Source of the DNA: Eledone cirrhosa | Taxonomy: Eukaryota | Direction: 5' to 3' | Length of the DNA: 64,000 nt | Assembly (NCBI GenBank): GCA_964016885.1 | Contig: CAXHJY010000078.1 | Coordinates: 89,004-153,003 of the forward strand | Shown here: positions 1 to 21,000 of the stretch, one piece after another | Layout: each line of letters starts with the position of its first letter | How positions within the stretch are numbered: position 1 is the first letter of the stretch | Position numbers and translations under genes: made by a program | Notes under the pieces: generated by a model | The model's input: only the letters and a program-made list of their open reading frames with translations | What the model was told of the DNA's origin: nothing | The model's database searches: none

Positions 1-3000
1 CCAACACACACCAACACACACCAACACCAACACACGCCAACACACACCAACGCCAACACACACCAACACCAACACACACCAACACCAACACACACCAACA
101 CCAACACACACCAACACCAACACACACCAACACCAACACACACCAACACCAACACACACCAACACCAACACACACCAACACCAACACACACCAACACCAA
201 CACACACCAACACCAACACACACCAACACCAACACACACCAACACCAACACACACCAACACCAACACACGCCAACACCAACACACACCAACACCAACACA
301 CACCAACACCAACACACACCAACACACACCAACACACACCAACACCAACACACACCAACACAAACCAACACCAACACACACCAACACCAACACCAACACA
401 CACCAACACCAACAAACACCAACACCAACAAACACCAACACCAACAAACACCAACACCAACAAACACCAACACACACCAACACCAACACACACCAACACC
501 AACACACACCAACACCAACACACACCAACACCAACATACATCAACACCAACACACACCAACACCAACACACACCAACACACACCAACACCAACACCAACC
601 AACACCAACACCAACAAACACCAACACACACCAACACCAACACCAACCAACACCAACATACACCAACACACACCAACACACTCCAACACCAACACACTCC
701 AACACCAACAAACACCAACACCAACACACACCAACACCAACAAACACCAACACCTACAAACACCAACACACACCAACACCAACAAACACCAACACCAACA
801 AACACCAACACCAACAAACACCAACACCAACACACACCAACACCAACACACACCAACACCAACACACACCAACACACACCAACACCAACACACACCAACA
901 CACACCAACACCAACACACACCAACACCAACACACACCAACACCAACACACACCAACACCAACACACACCAACACACACCAACACCAACATATTTCAACA
1001 CACACCAACAGCAAGAAACACCAACACCAACTCCAACAAACACCAACACCAACACACACCAAGAAACACTAACACACACCAACACAAACACCAACACAAA
1101 CACCAACACACACCAACACCAACACACACCAACACACACCAACACACACCAACACACACCAACACACACCAACAAACACCAACACCAACACACACCAACA
1201 CCAACAAACACCAACACCAACACACACCAATACCAACACACACCAACAAACACCTACACCAACACACACCAACACCAACACACACCAACAAACACCAACA
1301 CACACCAACACACACCAACAAACACCAACACACACCAACACACACCAACAAACACCAACACACACCAACACACACCAACACACACCAACACACACCAACA
1401 CACACCAACACCAACACACACCAACACCGACAAACACCAACACCAACCAACACCCACACACACCAACACCGACAAACACCAACACCAACCAACACCAACA
1501 CCAACCAACACCCACACACACCAACACCAACACACACCAACGCCAACACACACCAACACCAACAAACACCAACAAACACCAACACACACCAACACCAACA
1601 GACACCAACACACACCAACACACACCAACAAACACCAACACCAACACCAACACACACCAACACACACCAACACACACCAACAAACACCAACACCAACAAA
1701 CACCAACACCAACACACACCAACACCAACAAACACCAACACCAACAAACACCAACACCAACACACACCAATACCAACACACACCAACAAACACCTACACC
1801 AACACACACCAACACCAACACACACCAACAAACACCAACACACACACCAACACACACCAACACACACCAACAAACACCAACACACACCAACAAACACCAA
1901 CACACACCAACACACACCAACACACACCAACACCAACACACACCAACACCGACAAACACCAACACCAACCAACACCAACAAACACCAACACTAACAAACA
2001 CCAACACCCACACACACCAACACCAACACCCACACACACCAACACCAACACCAACACACACCAACACCAACACACACCAACACCAACACACACCAACACC
2101 AACACACACCAACACCAACACACACCAACAGCAACACACACCAGCACCAACAAACACCAACACCAACAAACACCAACACCAACAAACACCAACACCAACA
2201 CCAACACCAACACACACAAACACCAACACACACAAACACAACACCAACAAACACCAACACCAACACACACCAACACCAACACACACCAACACACACCAAC
2301 ACCAACACACACCAACACCAACACACACCAGCACCAACACACACCAACAAACACCAACACCAACAAACACCAACACCAACAAACACCAACACCAACAAAC
2401 ACCAACACCAACAAACACCAACACCAACAAACACCAACACCAACATACACCAACACACACCAACACCAACACACACCAACACCAACACACACCAACACCA
2501 ACAAACACCAACACCAACAAACACCAACACCAACACACACCAACACCAACAAACACCTACAAACACCAACACACACCAACACCAACAGACACCAACACCA
2601 ACAAACACCAACACCAACACACACCAACACCAACAAACACCAACACACACCAACACCAACACACACCAACACCAACACACACCAACACCAACACACACCA
2701 ACACCAACAAACACCAACACCAACAAACACCAACACCAACAAACACCAACACACACCAACACACACCAACACCAACACACACCAACACCAACATACATAA
2801 ACACACACCAACACACACCAACACCAACAAACACCAACACCAACAAACACCAACACCAACAAACACCAACACACACCAACACACACCAACACCAACACAC
2901 ACCAACACCAACATACATCAACACCAACACACACCAACACACACCAACACCAACACACACCAACAAACACCAACACACACCAACACACCAACAAACACCA

Positions 3001-6000
3001 ACACACACCAACAAACACCAACACACACCAACACCAACAAACACCAACACCAACACACACCAACACCAACACACACCAACACCAACACACACCAACACCA
3101 ACACACACCAACACCAACAAACACCAACACACACCAACACACACCAACACCAACATACACCAACACCAACATACATCAACACCAACACACACCAACACAC
3201 ACCAACACCAACACACACCAACACCAACAAACACCAACACCAACAAACACCAACACCAACAAACACCAACACCAACACACACCAACACCAACATACATCA
3301 ACACCAACATACACCAACACACACCAACACCAACAAACACCAACACCAACAAACACCAACACACACCAACAAACACCAACACCAACACCAACAAACACCA
3401 ACACCAACAAACACCAACACCAACAAACACCAACACCAACAAACACCAACACCAACAAACACCAACACCAACAAACACCAACAAACACCAACACACACCA
3501 ACACACACCAACACACACCAACACCAACACACACCAACACCAACACACACCAACAAACACCAACACACACCAACACCAACACACACCAACACCAACACAC
3601 ACCAACACCAACACACACCAACAAACACCAACACACACCAACACCAACACACACCAACACCAACACACACCGACACCAACACCAACAAACACCAACACAC
3701 ACCAACACACACCAACAGACACCAACACACACCAACACACACCAACACCAACACACACCAACACCAACACCAACACACACCAACACCAACACACACCAAC
3801 AAACACCAACACACACCAACACCAACATGCATCAACACCAACACACACCAACACACACCAACACCAACACACGCCAACACCAACACACACCAACACCACC
3901 AACACCTACACACGCCAACACCAACAAACACCAACACCAACACCAACAAACACCAACACCAACACACACCAACACCAACACACACCAACACCAACACACG
4001 CCAACACCAACAAACACCAACACACACCAACACCAACTCACACCAACACCAACTCACACCAACACACACCAACACCAACACACACCAACACCAACACACA
4101 CCAACACAAACACACACCAACACCAACAAACACCAACAAACACCTACACACACCAACACCAACACACACCAACACCAACTCACACCAACACCAACACACA
4201 CCAACACCAACAAACACCAACACACACCAACACCAACAAACACCAACACCAACACCAACACCAACACACACCAACACACACCAACACACACCAACACACA
4301 CCAACACACACCAACACACACCAACACCAACACACACCAATACCAACACACACCAACAAACACCAACAAACACCTACACCAACACACACCAACACCAAGA
4401 CACACCAACAAACACCAACACCAACACACACCAACACACACCAACAAACACCAACACACACCAACACCAACACACACCAACACACCAACACACACCAACA
4501 CACCAACAAACACCAACACACACCAACAAACACCAACACACACCAACAAACACCAACACACACCAACACCAACACACACCAACACCAACACTCACCAACA
4601 CCAACACACACCAACACCAACACACACCAACACCAACACACTCCAACACCAACAAACACCAACACCAACAAACACCAACACCAACACACACCAACACCAA
4701 CACACACCAACACCAACAAACACCAACACACACCAACACACACCAAAACACCAACAAACACCAACACACACCAACAAACACCAACACACACCAACAAACA
4801 CCAACAAACACCAACACACACCAACAAACACCAACACACACCAACAAACACCAACACACACCAACACCAACAAACACCAACACACACCAACACCAACAAA
4901 CACCAACACCAACAAACACCAACACCAACAAACACCAACACCAACAAACACCAACACCAACAAACACCAACACCAACAAACACCAACACCAACAAACACC
5001 AACACCAACAAACACCAACACCAACGCCAACACCAACACGCACCAACACCAACAAACACCAACACCAACAAACACCAACACCAACAAACACCACCAACAC
5101 ACCAACACCGACAAACACCAACACCAACCAACACCAACAAACACCAACACCAACAAACACCAACACCAACAAACACCAACACCAACTAACACCAACACCA
5201 ACAAACACCAACACCAACAAACACCAACACACGCCAACACCAACACACGCCAACACCAACAAACACCAACACCAACAAACACCAACACCAACAAACACCA
5301 ACCAACACCAACAAACACCAACACACACCAACACCAACACCAACAAACACCAACACGCACCAACACCAACAAACACCAACACCAACAAACACCAACACCA
5401 ACAAACACCAACACCAACAAACACCAACAAACACCAACACCAACAAACACCAACACCAACAAACACCAACAAACACCAACACCAACAAACACCAACACAC
5501 ACCAACACCAACACACACCAACACCAACACACACCAACACCAACACACACCAACACACACCAACACCAACACACACCAACACCAACACACACCAACACCA
5601 ACATGCATCAACACCAACACACACCAACACACACCAACACCAACACACACCAACACACCAACACCAACAAACACCAACACCAACAAACACCAACACCAAC
5701 AAACACCAACACCAACACACACCAACACACACCAACACCAACACACACCAACACCAACATACACCAACACCAACACACACCAACACCAACACACACCAAC
5801 ACCAAAAAACACCAACACCAACAAACACCAACACCAACAAACACCAACACCAACAAACACCAACACCAACAAACACCAACACCAACAAACACCAACAAAC
5901 ACCAACACCAAGAAACACCAACACACACCAACACCAACAAACACCAACACCAAGAAACACCAACACACACCAACAGCAACAAACACCAACACACACCAAC

Positions 6001-9000
6001 ACCAACACACACCAACACCAAAAAACACCAACACCAACAAACACCAACACCAACACACACCAACACCAACATACACCAACACCAACATACACCAACACCA
6101 ACACACACCAACACCACCACACACCAACACCAACAAACACCAACACCAACAAACACCAACAAACACCAACACACACCAACACCAACACACGCCAACACCA
6201 ACACACACAAACACCAACACACACCAACACCAACAAACACCAACACCAACAAACACCAACACCAACAAACACCAACACCAACACACACCAACACACACCA
6301 ACAAACACCAACACACACCAACACACACCAACACACACCAACACACACCAACAAACACCAACACCAACAAACACCAACACCAACAAACACCAACACCAAC
6401 AAACACCAACACCAACAAACACCAACACACACCAACACACACCAACACCAACAAACACCAACAAACACCAACAAACACCAACACCAACAAACACCAACAA
6501 ACACCAACACCAACACACACCAACACCAACACACACCAACACCAACACACACCAACACCAACACACACCAACACCAACACACACCAACACCAACAAACAC
6601 CAACACACACCAACGCCAACAGACACCAACACCAACAAACACCAACACCAACAAACACAAACACCAACAAACACCAACACACACCAACACCAACACCAAC
6701 AAACACCAACACCAACAAACACCAACACCAACAAACACCAACACACACCAACACCAACACACACCAACACCAACACCAACAAACACCAACAAACACCAAC
6801 AAACACCAACACCAACATACACCAACACACACCAACACCAACACACACCAACACCAACACACACCAACACCAACACACACCAACACCAACACACACCAAC
6901 ACCAACACACACCAACACCAACAAACACCAACACACACCAACGCCAACAGACACCAACACCAACAAACACCAACACCAACAAACACAAACACCAACAAAC
7001 ACAAACACCAACACACACCAACACCAACACACACCAACACCAACAAACACCAACACACACCAACACCAACAAACACCAACACCAACACACACCAACTCCA
7101 ACAAACACCAACAAACACCAACACCAACAAACACCAACACACACCAACACCAACACACACCAACACCAACATACATCAACACCAACACACACCAACACAC
7201 ACCAACACCAACACACACCAACACCAACACACACCAACACACACCAACACCAACACACACCAACACAAACACCAACACCAACAAACACCAACACCAACAA
7301 ACACCAACAAACACCAACACCAACACACACCAACACCAACATACTTCAACACCAACACCAACACACACCAACACACACCAACACACACCAACACCAACAA
7401 ACACCAACAAACACCAACAAACACCAACAAACACCAACACCAAGAAACACCAACACCAACAAACACCAACACCAACACACACCAAGAAAAACTAACACAC
7501 ACCAACACAAACACCAAAACACACCAACACCAACACACACCAACACACACCAACACCAACACACACCAACACACCAACACACACCAACAAACACCAACGC
7601 CAACACACACCAACACCAACACACACCAACACACACCAACACACACCAACACACACCAACACACACCAACACACACCAACACCAACACACACCAACACCA
7701 ACACACACCAACACCAATACTCACCAACACCAACACACACCAACACCAACACACACCAACACCAAAAAACACCAACACCAACAAACACCAACACCAACAA
7801 ACACCAACACCAACAAACACCAACACACACCAACACCAACAGACACCAACACCAACATACTTCAACACCAACACCAACACACACCAACACACACCAACAC
7901 CAACAAACACCAACAAACACCAACAAACACCAACAAAGACCAACACCAACAAACACCAACAAACACCAACACCAACAAACACCAACAAACACCAACACCA
8001 AGAAACACCAACACCAACACCAAGAAACACCAACACCAACACACACCAACACCAACAAACACCAACACACACCAACACCAACAAACACCAACACCAACAA
8101 ACACCAACACCAACAAACACCAACACCAACAAACACCAACACACACCAACACCAACAAACACCAACACACACCAACACCAACACACACCAACACCAACAC
8201 ACGCCAACACCAACACGCACCAACACCAACAAACACCAACACCAACAAACACCAACACACACCAACACCGACAAACACCAACACCAACAAACACCAACAC
8301 TAACAAACACCAACACCCACACACACCAACACCAACATACACCAACACACACCAACACCAACACACACCAATACCAACACACACCAACACCAACACAAAC
8401 TAACAAACACCAACACCAAGAAACACCAACACACACCAACAGCAACAAACACCAACACACACCAACACCAAAAAACACCAACACCAACAAACACCAACAC
8501 CAACACACACCAACACCAACATACACCAACACCAACACACACCAACACCACCACCACACACCAACACCAACAAACACCAACACCAACAAACACCAACACA
8601 CACCAACACCAACACACGCCAACACCAACACACGCCAACACCAACACACACCAACACCAACAAACACCAACACCAACAAACACCAACACACACCAACACC
8701 AACACACACCAACACCAACAAACACCAACACACACCAACAGACACCAACACCAACAAACACCAAAACCAACAAACACCAACACCAACACACACCAACACC
8801 AACAAACACCAACACCAACAAACACCAACACCAACAAACACAAACACCAACACACACCAACAAACACCAACACACACCAACACCAACAAACACCAACACC
8901 AACAAACACCAACACCAACAAACACCAACACCAACACACACCAACACCAACACACACCAACACCAACACACACCAACACCAACAAACACCAACAAACACC

Positions 9001-12000
9001 AACACCAACAAACACCAACACCAACAAACACCAACACCAACAAACACCAACACCAACACACACCAACACCAACATACTTCAACACCAACACCAACACACA
9101 CAAACACACACCAACACCAACAAACACCAACAAACACCAACAAACACCAACACCAACACACACCAAGAAACACTAACACACCAACACAAACACCAAAACA
9201 CACCAACACCAACACACACCAACACCAACACACACCAACACCAACACACACCAACACACACCAACACACACCAACACACACCAACACACACCAACAAACA
9301 CCAACGCCAACACACACCAACACCAACACACCAACATCAACAAACACCAACACCAACACACACCAACACCAACACACACCAACACCAACACACACCAACA
9401 AACACCAACACACACCAACACACACCAACAAACACCAACACACACCAACACACACCAACACACACCAACACCAACACACACCAATACACACCAACACCAA
9501 CACTCACCAACACCAACACTCACCAACACCAACAAACACCAACACCAAAAAACACCAACACCAACAAACACCAACACCAACAAACACCAACACCAACAAA
9601 CACCAAAACCAACAAACACCAACACCAACAAACACCAACACCAACAAACACCAACAGACACCAACACCAACATACTTCAACACCAACACACACCAACAAA
9701 CACCAACAAACACCAACAAACACCAACACCAAGAAACACCAACACCAACACCAAGAAACACCAACACCAACACACACCAAGAAACACTAACACACACCAA
9801 CACAAACACCAACACACACCAACACCAACACACACCAACACCAACACACACCAACACACACCAACACACACCAACACACACCAACAAACACCAACGCCAA
9901 CACACACCAACACCAACAAACACCAACACCAACAAACACCAACACCAACACACACCAACACCAACACACACCAACACCAACACACACCAACACACACCAA
10001 CACACACCAACACACACCAACACCAACACACACCAACACCAACACTCACCAACACCAACACACACCAACACCAACACACACCAACACCAACACACACCAA
10101 CACCAACACACACCAACACCAACACACACCAACACCAACACACACCAACACCAACACACACCAACACCAACAAACACCAACACCAACAAACACCAACACC
10201 AACAAACACCAACACCAACAAACACCAACACCAACAAACACCAACAAACACCAACACCAACAAACACCAACACCAACAAACACCAACACACACCAACACA
10301 CACCAACACCAACAAACACCAACACCAACAAACACCAACACCAACAAACACCAACACCAACAAACACCAACACCAACAAACACCAACACCAACAAACACC
10401 AACACCAACAAACACCAACACACACCAACACCAACAAACACCAACACACACCAACACCAACAAACACCAACACCAACACACACCAACACCAACACACACC
10501 AACACCAACACACACCAACACCAACACACACCAACACCAACAAACACCAACACCAACACACACCAACACCAACATACACCAACACCAACACACACCAACA
10601 CACACCAACACCAACACCAACACACACCAACACCAACATACATCAACACCAACACACACCAACACACACCAACACCAACACACACCAACACACACCAACA
10701 CCAACACACACCAACACACACCAACACCAACAAACACCAACACCAACCAACACCAACACCAACCAACACCAACACCAACAAACACCAACACCAACACACA
10801 CCAACACCAACATACTTCAACACCAACACGCACCAACACACACCAACACCAACAAACACCAACAAACACCAACAAACACCAACAAACACCAACACCAAGA
10901 AACACCAAGAAACACCACCAACAAACACCAACACCAACACACACCAAGAAACACAAACACCAAAACACACCAACACCAACACACACCAACACCAACACAC
11001 ACCAACACACACCAACACACACCAACAAACACCAACACCAACACACACCAACAGCAACAAACACCAACGCCAACACACACCAACACCAACACACATCAAC
11101 ACCAACACACACCAACAAACACCAACACACACCAACACCAACACACACCAACACACACCAACACACACCAACAAACACCAAAACACACCAACACACACCA
11201 ACACACCAACACCAAAACTCACCAACACCAACACACACCAACACCAACACACACCAACACCAACAAACACCAACACCAACAAACACCAACACCAACAAAC
11301 ACCAACACCCACAAACACCAACAAACACCAACACACACCAACACACACCAACACCAACACACACCAACACCAACACACACCAACACCAACACACACCAAC
11401 ACACGCCAACACCAACACACACCAACACGCACCAACACCAACAAACACCAACGCCAACAAACACCAACACCAACAAACACCAACACCAACCAACACCAAC
11501 AAATACCAACACTAACAAACACCAACACCCACACACACCAACACCAACATACACCAACACCAACACACACCAACACCAACACCAACACACACCAACACCA
11601 ACACACACCAACACCAACACACACCAGCACCAACACACACCAACACCAACAAACACCAACACACACCAACACCAACAAACACCAACACCAACAAACACCA
11701 ACACCAACAAGCACCAACACACACCAACACCGACAAACACCAACACCAACCAACACCAACAAACACCAACACTAACAAACACCAACAAACACCAACACTA
11801 ACAAACACCAACACCCACACACACCAACACCAACATACACCAACACCAACACACACCAACAGCAACAAACACCAACACACACCAACACCAACAAACACCA
11901 ACACCAACAAACACCAACACCAACAAACACCAACACCAACCAACACCAACATACACCAACACCAACATACACCAACACCAACAAACACCAACACCAACAA

Positions 12001-15000
12001 ACACCAACACCACCAACACCAACACACGCCAACACCAACACACGCCAACACCAACACACGCCAACACCAACACACGCCAACACACACCAACACCAACAAA
12101 CACCAACACCAACAAACAACAACACACACCAACACCAACACACACCAACACCAACAAACACCAACACCAACACACACCAACACCAACAAACACCAACACA
12201 CACCAACACACACCAACACCAACACCAACACCAACAAACACCAACACGCACCAACACCAACAAACACCAACACCAACAAACACCAACACCAACAAACACC
12301 AACACGAACAAACACCAACACCAACAAACACCAACACACACCAACACCAACAAACACCAACACCAACAAACACCAACAAACACCAACACACACCAACACA
12401 CACCAACACACACCAACACCAACAAACACCAACACCAACAAACACCAACACCAACAAACACCAACACACACCAACACCAACAAACACCAACAAACACCAA
12501 CACAAACACCAACAAACACCAACACAAACACCAACAAACACCAACACAAACACCAACACACACCAACACCAACACACACCAACACACACCAACACCAACA
12601 AACACCAACACACACCAACACCAACACACACCAACACCAACACACACCAACACCAACAAACACCAACACCAACACACACCAACACCAACACACACCAACA
12701 CCAACACACACCAACACCAACACACACCAACACCAACACACACCAACACACACCAACACCAACACACACCAATACCAACAAACACCAACTCCAACAAACA
12801 CCTAGACCAACACACACCAACACCAAGACACACCAACGCCAACACACACCAACACACACCAACACACACCAACACCAACAACACACCAACAAACACCAAC
12901 ACACACCAACAAACACCAACACACACCAACACACACCAACACCAACACACACCAACACCAACACACACCAACACCAACACACACCAACACCAACACACAC
13001 CAACACCAACAAACACCAACACCAACAAACACCAACACCAACAAACACCAACACACACCAACACACACCAACACCAACAAACACCAACACACACCAACAC
13101 CAACACACACCAACACACGCCAACACCAACACGCACCAACACACGCCAACACCAACACGCACCAACACCAACACGCACCAACACCAACAAACACCAACAC
13201 CAACAAACACAAACACCAACAAACACCAACACCAACAAACACCAACACCAACAAACACCAACACGCACCAACACCAACACGCACCAACACCAACAAACAC
13301 CAACACCAACAAACACCAACACCAAAAAACACCAACACCAACAAACACCAACACCGACAAACACCAACACCAACCAACACCAACAAACACCAACACTAAC
13401 AAACACCAACACCCACACACACCAACACCAACATACACCAACACACACCAACACACACCAACACCAACACACACCAACACCAACACACACCAACACCAAC
13501 ACACCAGCACCAACAAACACCAACACACATCAACAGCAACACACACCAACAGCAACACACACCAACAGCAACAAACACCAACACACACCAACACCAACAA
13601 ACACCAACACCAACAAACACCAACACCAACACACACCAACACACACCAACACCGACATACACCAACACCAACATACACCAACACCAACACCAACACACAC
13701 CAACACCAACACACACCAACACCAACAAACACCAACACCAACAAACACCAACACCAACAAACACCAACACCAACAAACACCAACACCAACCAACACCAAC
13801 AAACACCAACAAACACCAACACCAACACCAACCAACACCAACAAACACCAACACCAACAAACACCAACAAACACCAACAAACACCAACACCAACCAACAC
13901 AAACAAACACCAACACACACCAACACACACCAACACACACCAACACACACCAACACCAACAAACACCAACACCAACACACACCAACACACACCAACACAC
14001 ACCAACAAACACCAACGCCAACACACACCAACACCAACAAACACCAACACCAACAAACACCAACACCAACACACACCAACACCAACACACACCAACACCA
14101 ACACACACCAACACACACCAACACACACCAACACACACCAACACCAACACACACCAACACCAACACTCACCAACACCAACACACACCAACACCAACACAC
14201 ACCAACACCAACACACACCAACACCAACACACACCAACACCAACACACACCAACACCAACACACACCAACACCAACACACACCAACACCAACAAACACCA
14301 ACACCAACAAACACCAACACCAACAAACACCAACACCAACAAACACCAACACCAACAAACACCAACAAACACCAACACCAACAAACACCAACACCAACAA
14401 ACACCAACACACACCAACACACACCAACACCAACAAACACCAACACCAACAAACACCAACACCAACAAACACCAACACCAACAAACACCAACACCAACAA
14501 ACACCAACACCAACAAACACCAACACCAACAAACACCAACACACACCAACACCAACAAACACCAACACACACCAACACCAACAAACACCAACACCAACAC
14601 ACACCAACACCAACACACACCAACACCAACACACACCAACACCAACACACACCAACACCAACAAACACCAACACCAACACACACCAACACCAACATACAC
14701 CAACACCAACACACACCAACACACACCAACACCAACACCAACACACACCAACACCAACATACATCAACACCAACACACACCAACACACACCAACACCAAC
14801 ACACACCAACACACACCAACACCAACACACACCAACACACACCAACACCAACAAACACCAACACCAACCAACACCAACACCAACCAACACCAACACCAAC
14901 AAACACCAACACCAACACACACCAACACCAACATACTTCAACACCAACACGCACCAACACACACCAACACCAACAAACACCAACAAACACCAACAAACAC

Positions 15001-18000
15001 CAACAAACACCAACACCAAGAAACACCAAGAAACACCACCAACAAACACCAACACCAACACACACCAAGAAACACAAACACCAAAACACACCAACACCAA
15101 CACACACCAACACCAACACACACCAACACACACCAACACACACCAACAAACACCAACACCAACACACACCAACAGCAACAAACACCAACGCCAACACACA
15201 CCAACACCAACACACATCAACACCAACACACACCAACAAACACCAACACACACCAACACCAACACACACCAACACACACCAACACACACCAACAAACACC
15301 AAAACACACCAACACACACCAACACACCAACACCAAAACTCACCAACACCAACACACACCAACACCAACACACACCAACACCAACAAACACCAACACCAA
15401 CAAACACCAACACCAACAAACACCAACACCCACAAACACCAACAAACACCAACACACACCAACACACACCAACACCAACACACACCAACACCAACACACA
15501 CCAACACCAACACACACCAACACACGCCAACACCAACACACACCAACACGCACCAACACCAACAAACACCAACGCCAACAAACACCAACACCAACAAACA
15601 CCAACACCAACCAACACCAACAAATACCAACACTAACAAACACCAACACCCACACACACCAACACCAACATACACCAACACCAACACACACCAACACCAA
15701 CACCAACACACACCAACACCAACACACACCAACACCAACACACACCAGCACCAACACACACCAACACCAACAAACACCAACACACACCAACACCAACAAA
15801 CACCAACACCAACAAACACCAACACCAACAAGCACCAACACACACCAACACCGACAAACACCAACACCAACCAACACCAACAAACACCAACACTAACAAA
15901 CACCAACAAACACCAACACTAACAAACACCAACACCCACACACACCAACACCAACATACACCAACACCAACACACACCAACAGCAACAAACACCAACACA
16001 CACCAACACCAACAAACACCAACACCAACAAACACCAACACCAACAAACACCAACACCAACCAACACCAACATACACCAACACCAACATACACCAACACC
16101 AACAAACACCAACACCAACAAACACCAACACCACCAACACCAACACACGCCAACACCAACACACGCCAACACCAACACACGCCAACACCAACACACGCCA
16201 ACACACACCAACACCAACAAACACCAACACCAACAAACAACAACACACACCAACACCAACACACACCAACACCAACAAACACCAACACCAACACACACCA
16301 ACACCAACAAACACCAACACACACCAACACACACCAACACCAACACCAACACCAACAAACACCAACACGCACCAACACCAACAAACACCAACACCAACAA
16401 ACACCAACACCAACAAACACCAACACGAACAAACACCAACACCAACAAACACCAACACACACCAACACCAACAAACACCAACACCAACAAACACCAACAA
16501 ACACCAACACACACCAACACACACCAACACACACCAACACCAACAAACACCAACACCAACAAACACCAACACCAACAAACACCAACACACACCAACACCA
16601 ACAAACACCAACAAACACCAACACAAACACCAACAAACACCAACACAAACACCAACAAACACCAACACAAACACCAACACACACCAACACCAACACACAC
16701 CAACACACACCAACACCAACAAACACCAACACACACCAACACCAACACACACCAACACCAACACACACCAACACCAACAAACACCAACACCAACACACAC
16801 CAACACCAACACACACCAACACCAACACACACCAACACCAACACACACCAACACCAACACACACCAACACACACCAACACCAACACACACCAATACCAAC
16901 AAACACCAACTCCAACAAACACCTAGACCAACACACACCAACACCAAGACACACCAACGCCAACACACACCAACACACACCAACACACACCAACACCAAC
17001 AACACACCAACAAACACCAACACACACCAACAAACACCAACACACACCAACACACACCAACACCAACACACACCAACACCAACACACACCAACACCAACA
17101 CACACCAACACCAACACACACCAACACCAACAAACACCAACACCAACAAACACCAACACCAACAAACACCAACACCAACAAACACCAACACACACCAACA
17201 CACACCAACACCAACAAACACCAACACACACCAACACCAACACACACCAACACACGCCAACACCAACACGCACCAACACACGCCAACACCAACACGCACC
17301 AACACCAACACGCACCAACACCAACAAACACCAACACCAACAAACACAAACACCAACAAACACCAACACCAACAAACACCAACACCAACAAACACCAACA
17401 CGCACCAACACCAACACGCACCAACACCAACAAACACCAACACCAACAAACACCAACACCAAAAAACACCAACACCAACAAACACCAACACCGACAAACA
17501 CCAACACCAACCAACACCAACAAACACCAACACTAACAAACACCAACACCCACACACACCAACACCAACATACACCAACACACACCAACACACACCAACA
17601 CCAACACACACCAACACCAACACACACCAACACCAACACACCAGCACCAACAAACACCAACACACATCAACAGCAACACACACCAACAGCAACACACACC
17701 AACAGCAACAAACACCAACACACACCAACACCAACAAACACCAACACCAACAAACACCAACACCAACACACACCAACACACACCAACACCGACATACACC
17801 AACACCAACATACACCAACACCAACACCAACACACACCAACACCAACACACACCAACACCAACAAACACCAACACCAACAAACACCAACACCAACAAACA
17901 CCAACACCAACAAACACCAACACCAACCAACACCAACAAACACCAACAAACACCAACACCAACACCAACCAACACCAACAAACACCAACACCAACAAACA

Positions 18001-21000
18001 CCAACAAACACCAACAAACACCAACACCAACCAACACAAACAAACACCAACACACACCAACACACACCAACACACACCAACACACACCAACACCAACAAA
18101 CACCAACACCAACAAACACCAACAAACACCAACACCAACAAACACCAACAAACACCAATACACACCAACACACACCAACAACAACCAACACCAACACACA
18201 CCAACACACACTAACACCAACACACACCAACACCAACACACACCAACACCAACAAACACCAACACCAACACACAGCAACACCAACAAACACCAACACCAA
18301 CAAACACCAACAAACACCAACACCAACAAACACCAACACCAACAAACACCAACAAACACCAACACCAACAAACACCAACAAACACCAACACCAACAAACA
18401 CCAACACACACCAACACCAACACACACCAACACACACCAACACCAACACACACCAACACCAACAAACACCAACACACACCAACACCAACAAACACCAACA
18501 CACACCAACACCAACACACACCAACACCAACACACACCAACACCAACACACACCAACACCAACACACACCAACACCAACACACACCAACACCAACACACA
18601 CCAACACCAACACACACCAACAAACACCAACAAACACCAACACACACCAACACCAACACACACACACACACACACACACAAACACCAACACACACCAACA
18701 CCAACACACACCAACACCAACACACACCAACACCAACAAACACCAACACACACCAACACCAACACACACCAACACCAACACACACCAACACCAACACACA
18801 CCAACACCAACACACACCAACACACACCAACACCAACACCAACACCAACAAACACCAACACCAACAGACACCAACACCAACAAACACCAACACCAACAAA
18901 CTCCAACACACACCAACACCAACACACACCAACACCTACACCAACAAACACCAACATCAACAAACACCGACACCAACACACACCAACACCAACAAACACC
19001 AACACCAACACCAACAAACACCAACACACACCTACACCAACACACGCCAACACCAACACACGCCAACACCAACATACACCAACACACTCCAACACCAACA
19101 CACACCAACACCAACACACACCAACAAACACCAACACCAACAAACACCAACACACACCAACACCAACACACGCCAACACCAACACACGCCAACACCAACA
19201 CACGCCAACACCAACACACGCCAACACCAACACACACCAACACCAACAAACACCAACACCAACACACACCAACACACGCCAACAACAACACAAACCAACA
19301 CCAACAAACACCAACAACTACACACGCCAACACCAACAAACACCAACACCAACAAACACCAACACCAACAAACACCAACAAACACCAACACCAACATACA
19401 CTAACACCAACAAACACCAACACCAACACACACACCAACCCCAACAAACACCAAAACCAACAAACACCAAAACCAACAAACACCAACACCAACACACACC
19501 AACACCAACACACACCAACACACACCAACACACACCAACACCAACACCAACACACACCAACACCAACAAACACCAAGACCAACAAACGCCAACACACCAA
19601 CACCAACACACACCAACACACACCAACAAACACCAACACCAACACACACCAACACCTACAAACACCAACACCAACAAACACCAACACCAACAAACACCAA
19701 CACCAACAAACACCAACAAACACCAACACACACCAACACACACCAACACCAACACAGACCAACACCAACACACACCAGCACCAACACACACCAACACCAA
19801 CAAACACCAACACACACCAACAGCAACAAACACCAACACACACCAACAGCAATAAACACCAACAAACACCAACACCAACAAACACCAACACCAACAAACA
19901 CCAACACACACCAACACACGCCAACACCAACACACGCCAACACCAACACACGCCAACACCAACACACACCAACACCAACAAACACCAACACCAACAAACA
20001 CCAACACCAACACACACCAACACCAACACACACCAACACCAACACACACCAACGCCAACACACACCAACACCAACACACACCAACACCAACAAACACCAA
20101 CACACACCAACACACACCAACACCAACACCAACACCAACAAACACCAACACGCACCAACACCAACAAACACCAACAGCAACAAACACCAACACCAACAAA
20201 CACCAACACCAACAAACACCAACACCAACAAACACCAACACACACCAACACCAAGACACACCAACACCAACACACACCAACACCAACACACACCAACAAA
20301 CACCAACACACACCAACACCAACACACACCAACACACCAACAAACACCAACACACACCAACAAACACCAACACACACCAACACACACCAACACACACCAA
20401 CACACACTAACACCAACACTGACCAACACCAACACTGACCAACACCAACACACACCAACACCAACAAACACCAACACACACCAACACCAACACACACCAA
20501 CACCAACACACACCAACACCAACAAACACCAACACCAACAAACACCAACACCAACAAACACCAACACACACCAACAAACACCAACACCAACAAACACCAA
20601 CACACACCAACACACACCAACACCAACACACACCAACACACACCAACACCAACAAACACCAACACACACCAACACACACCAACACACACCAACACCAACA
20701 AACACCAACACCAACAAACACCAACACCAACAAACACCAACAAACACCAACAAACACCAACAAACACCAACACAAACACCAACACACACCAACACCAACA
20801 CACACCAACACCAACACACACCAACACCAACACACACCAACACCAACAAACACCAACACCAACACACACCAACACCAACACACACCAACACCAACACACA
20901 CCAACACACACCAACACCAACACACACCAACACCAACAAACACCAACACCAACACACACCAACACACACCAACACCAACAAACACCAACACCAACAAACA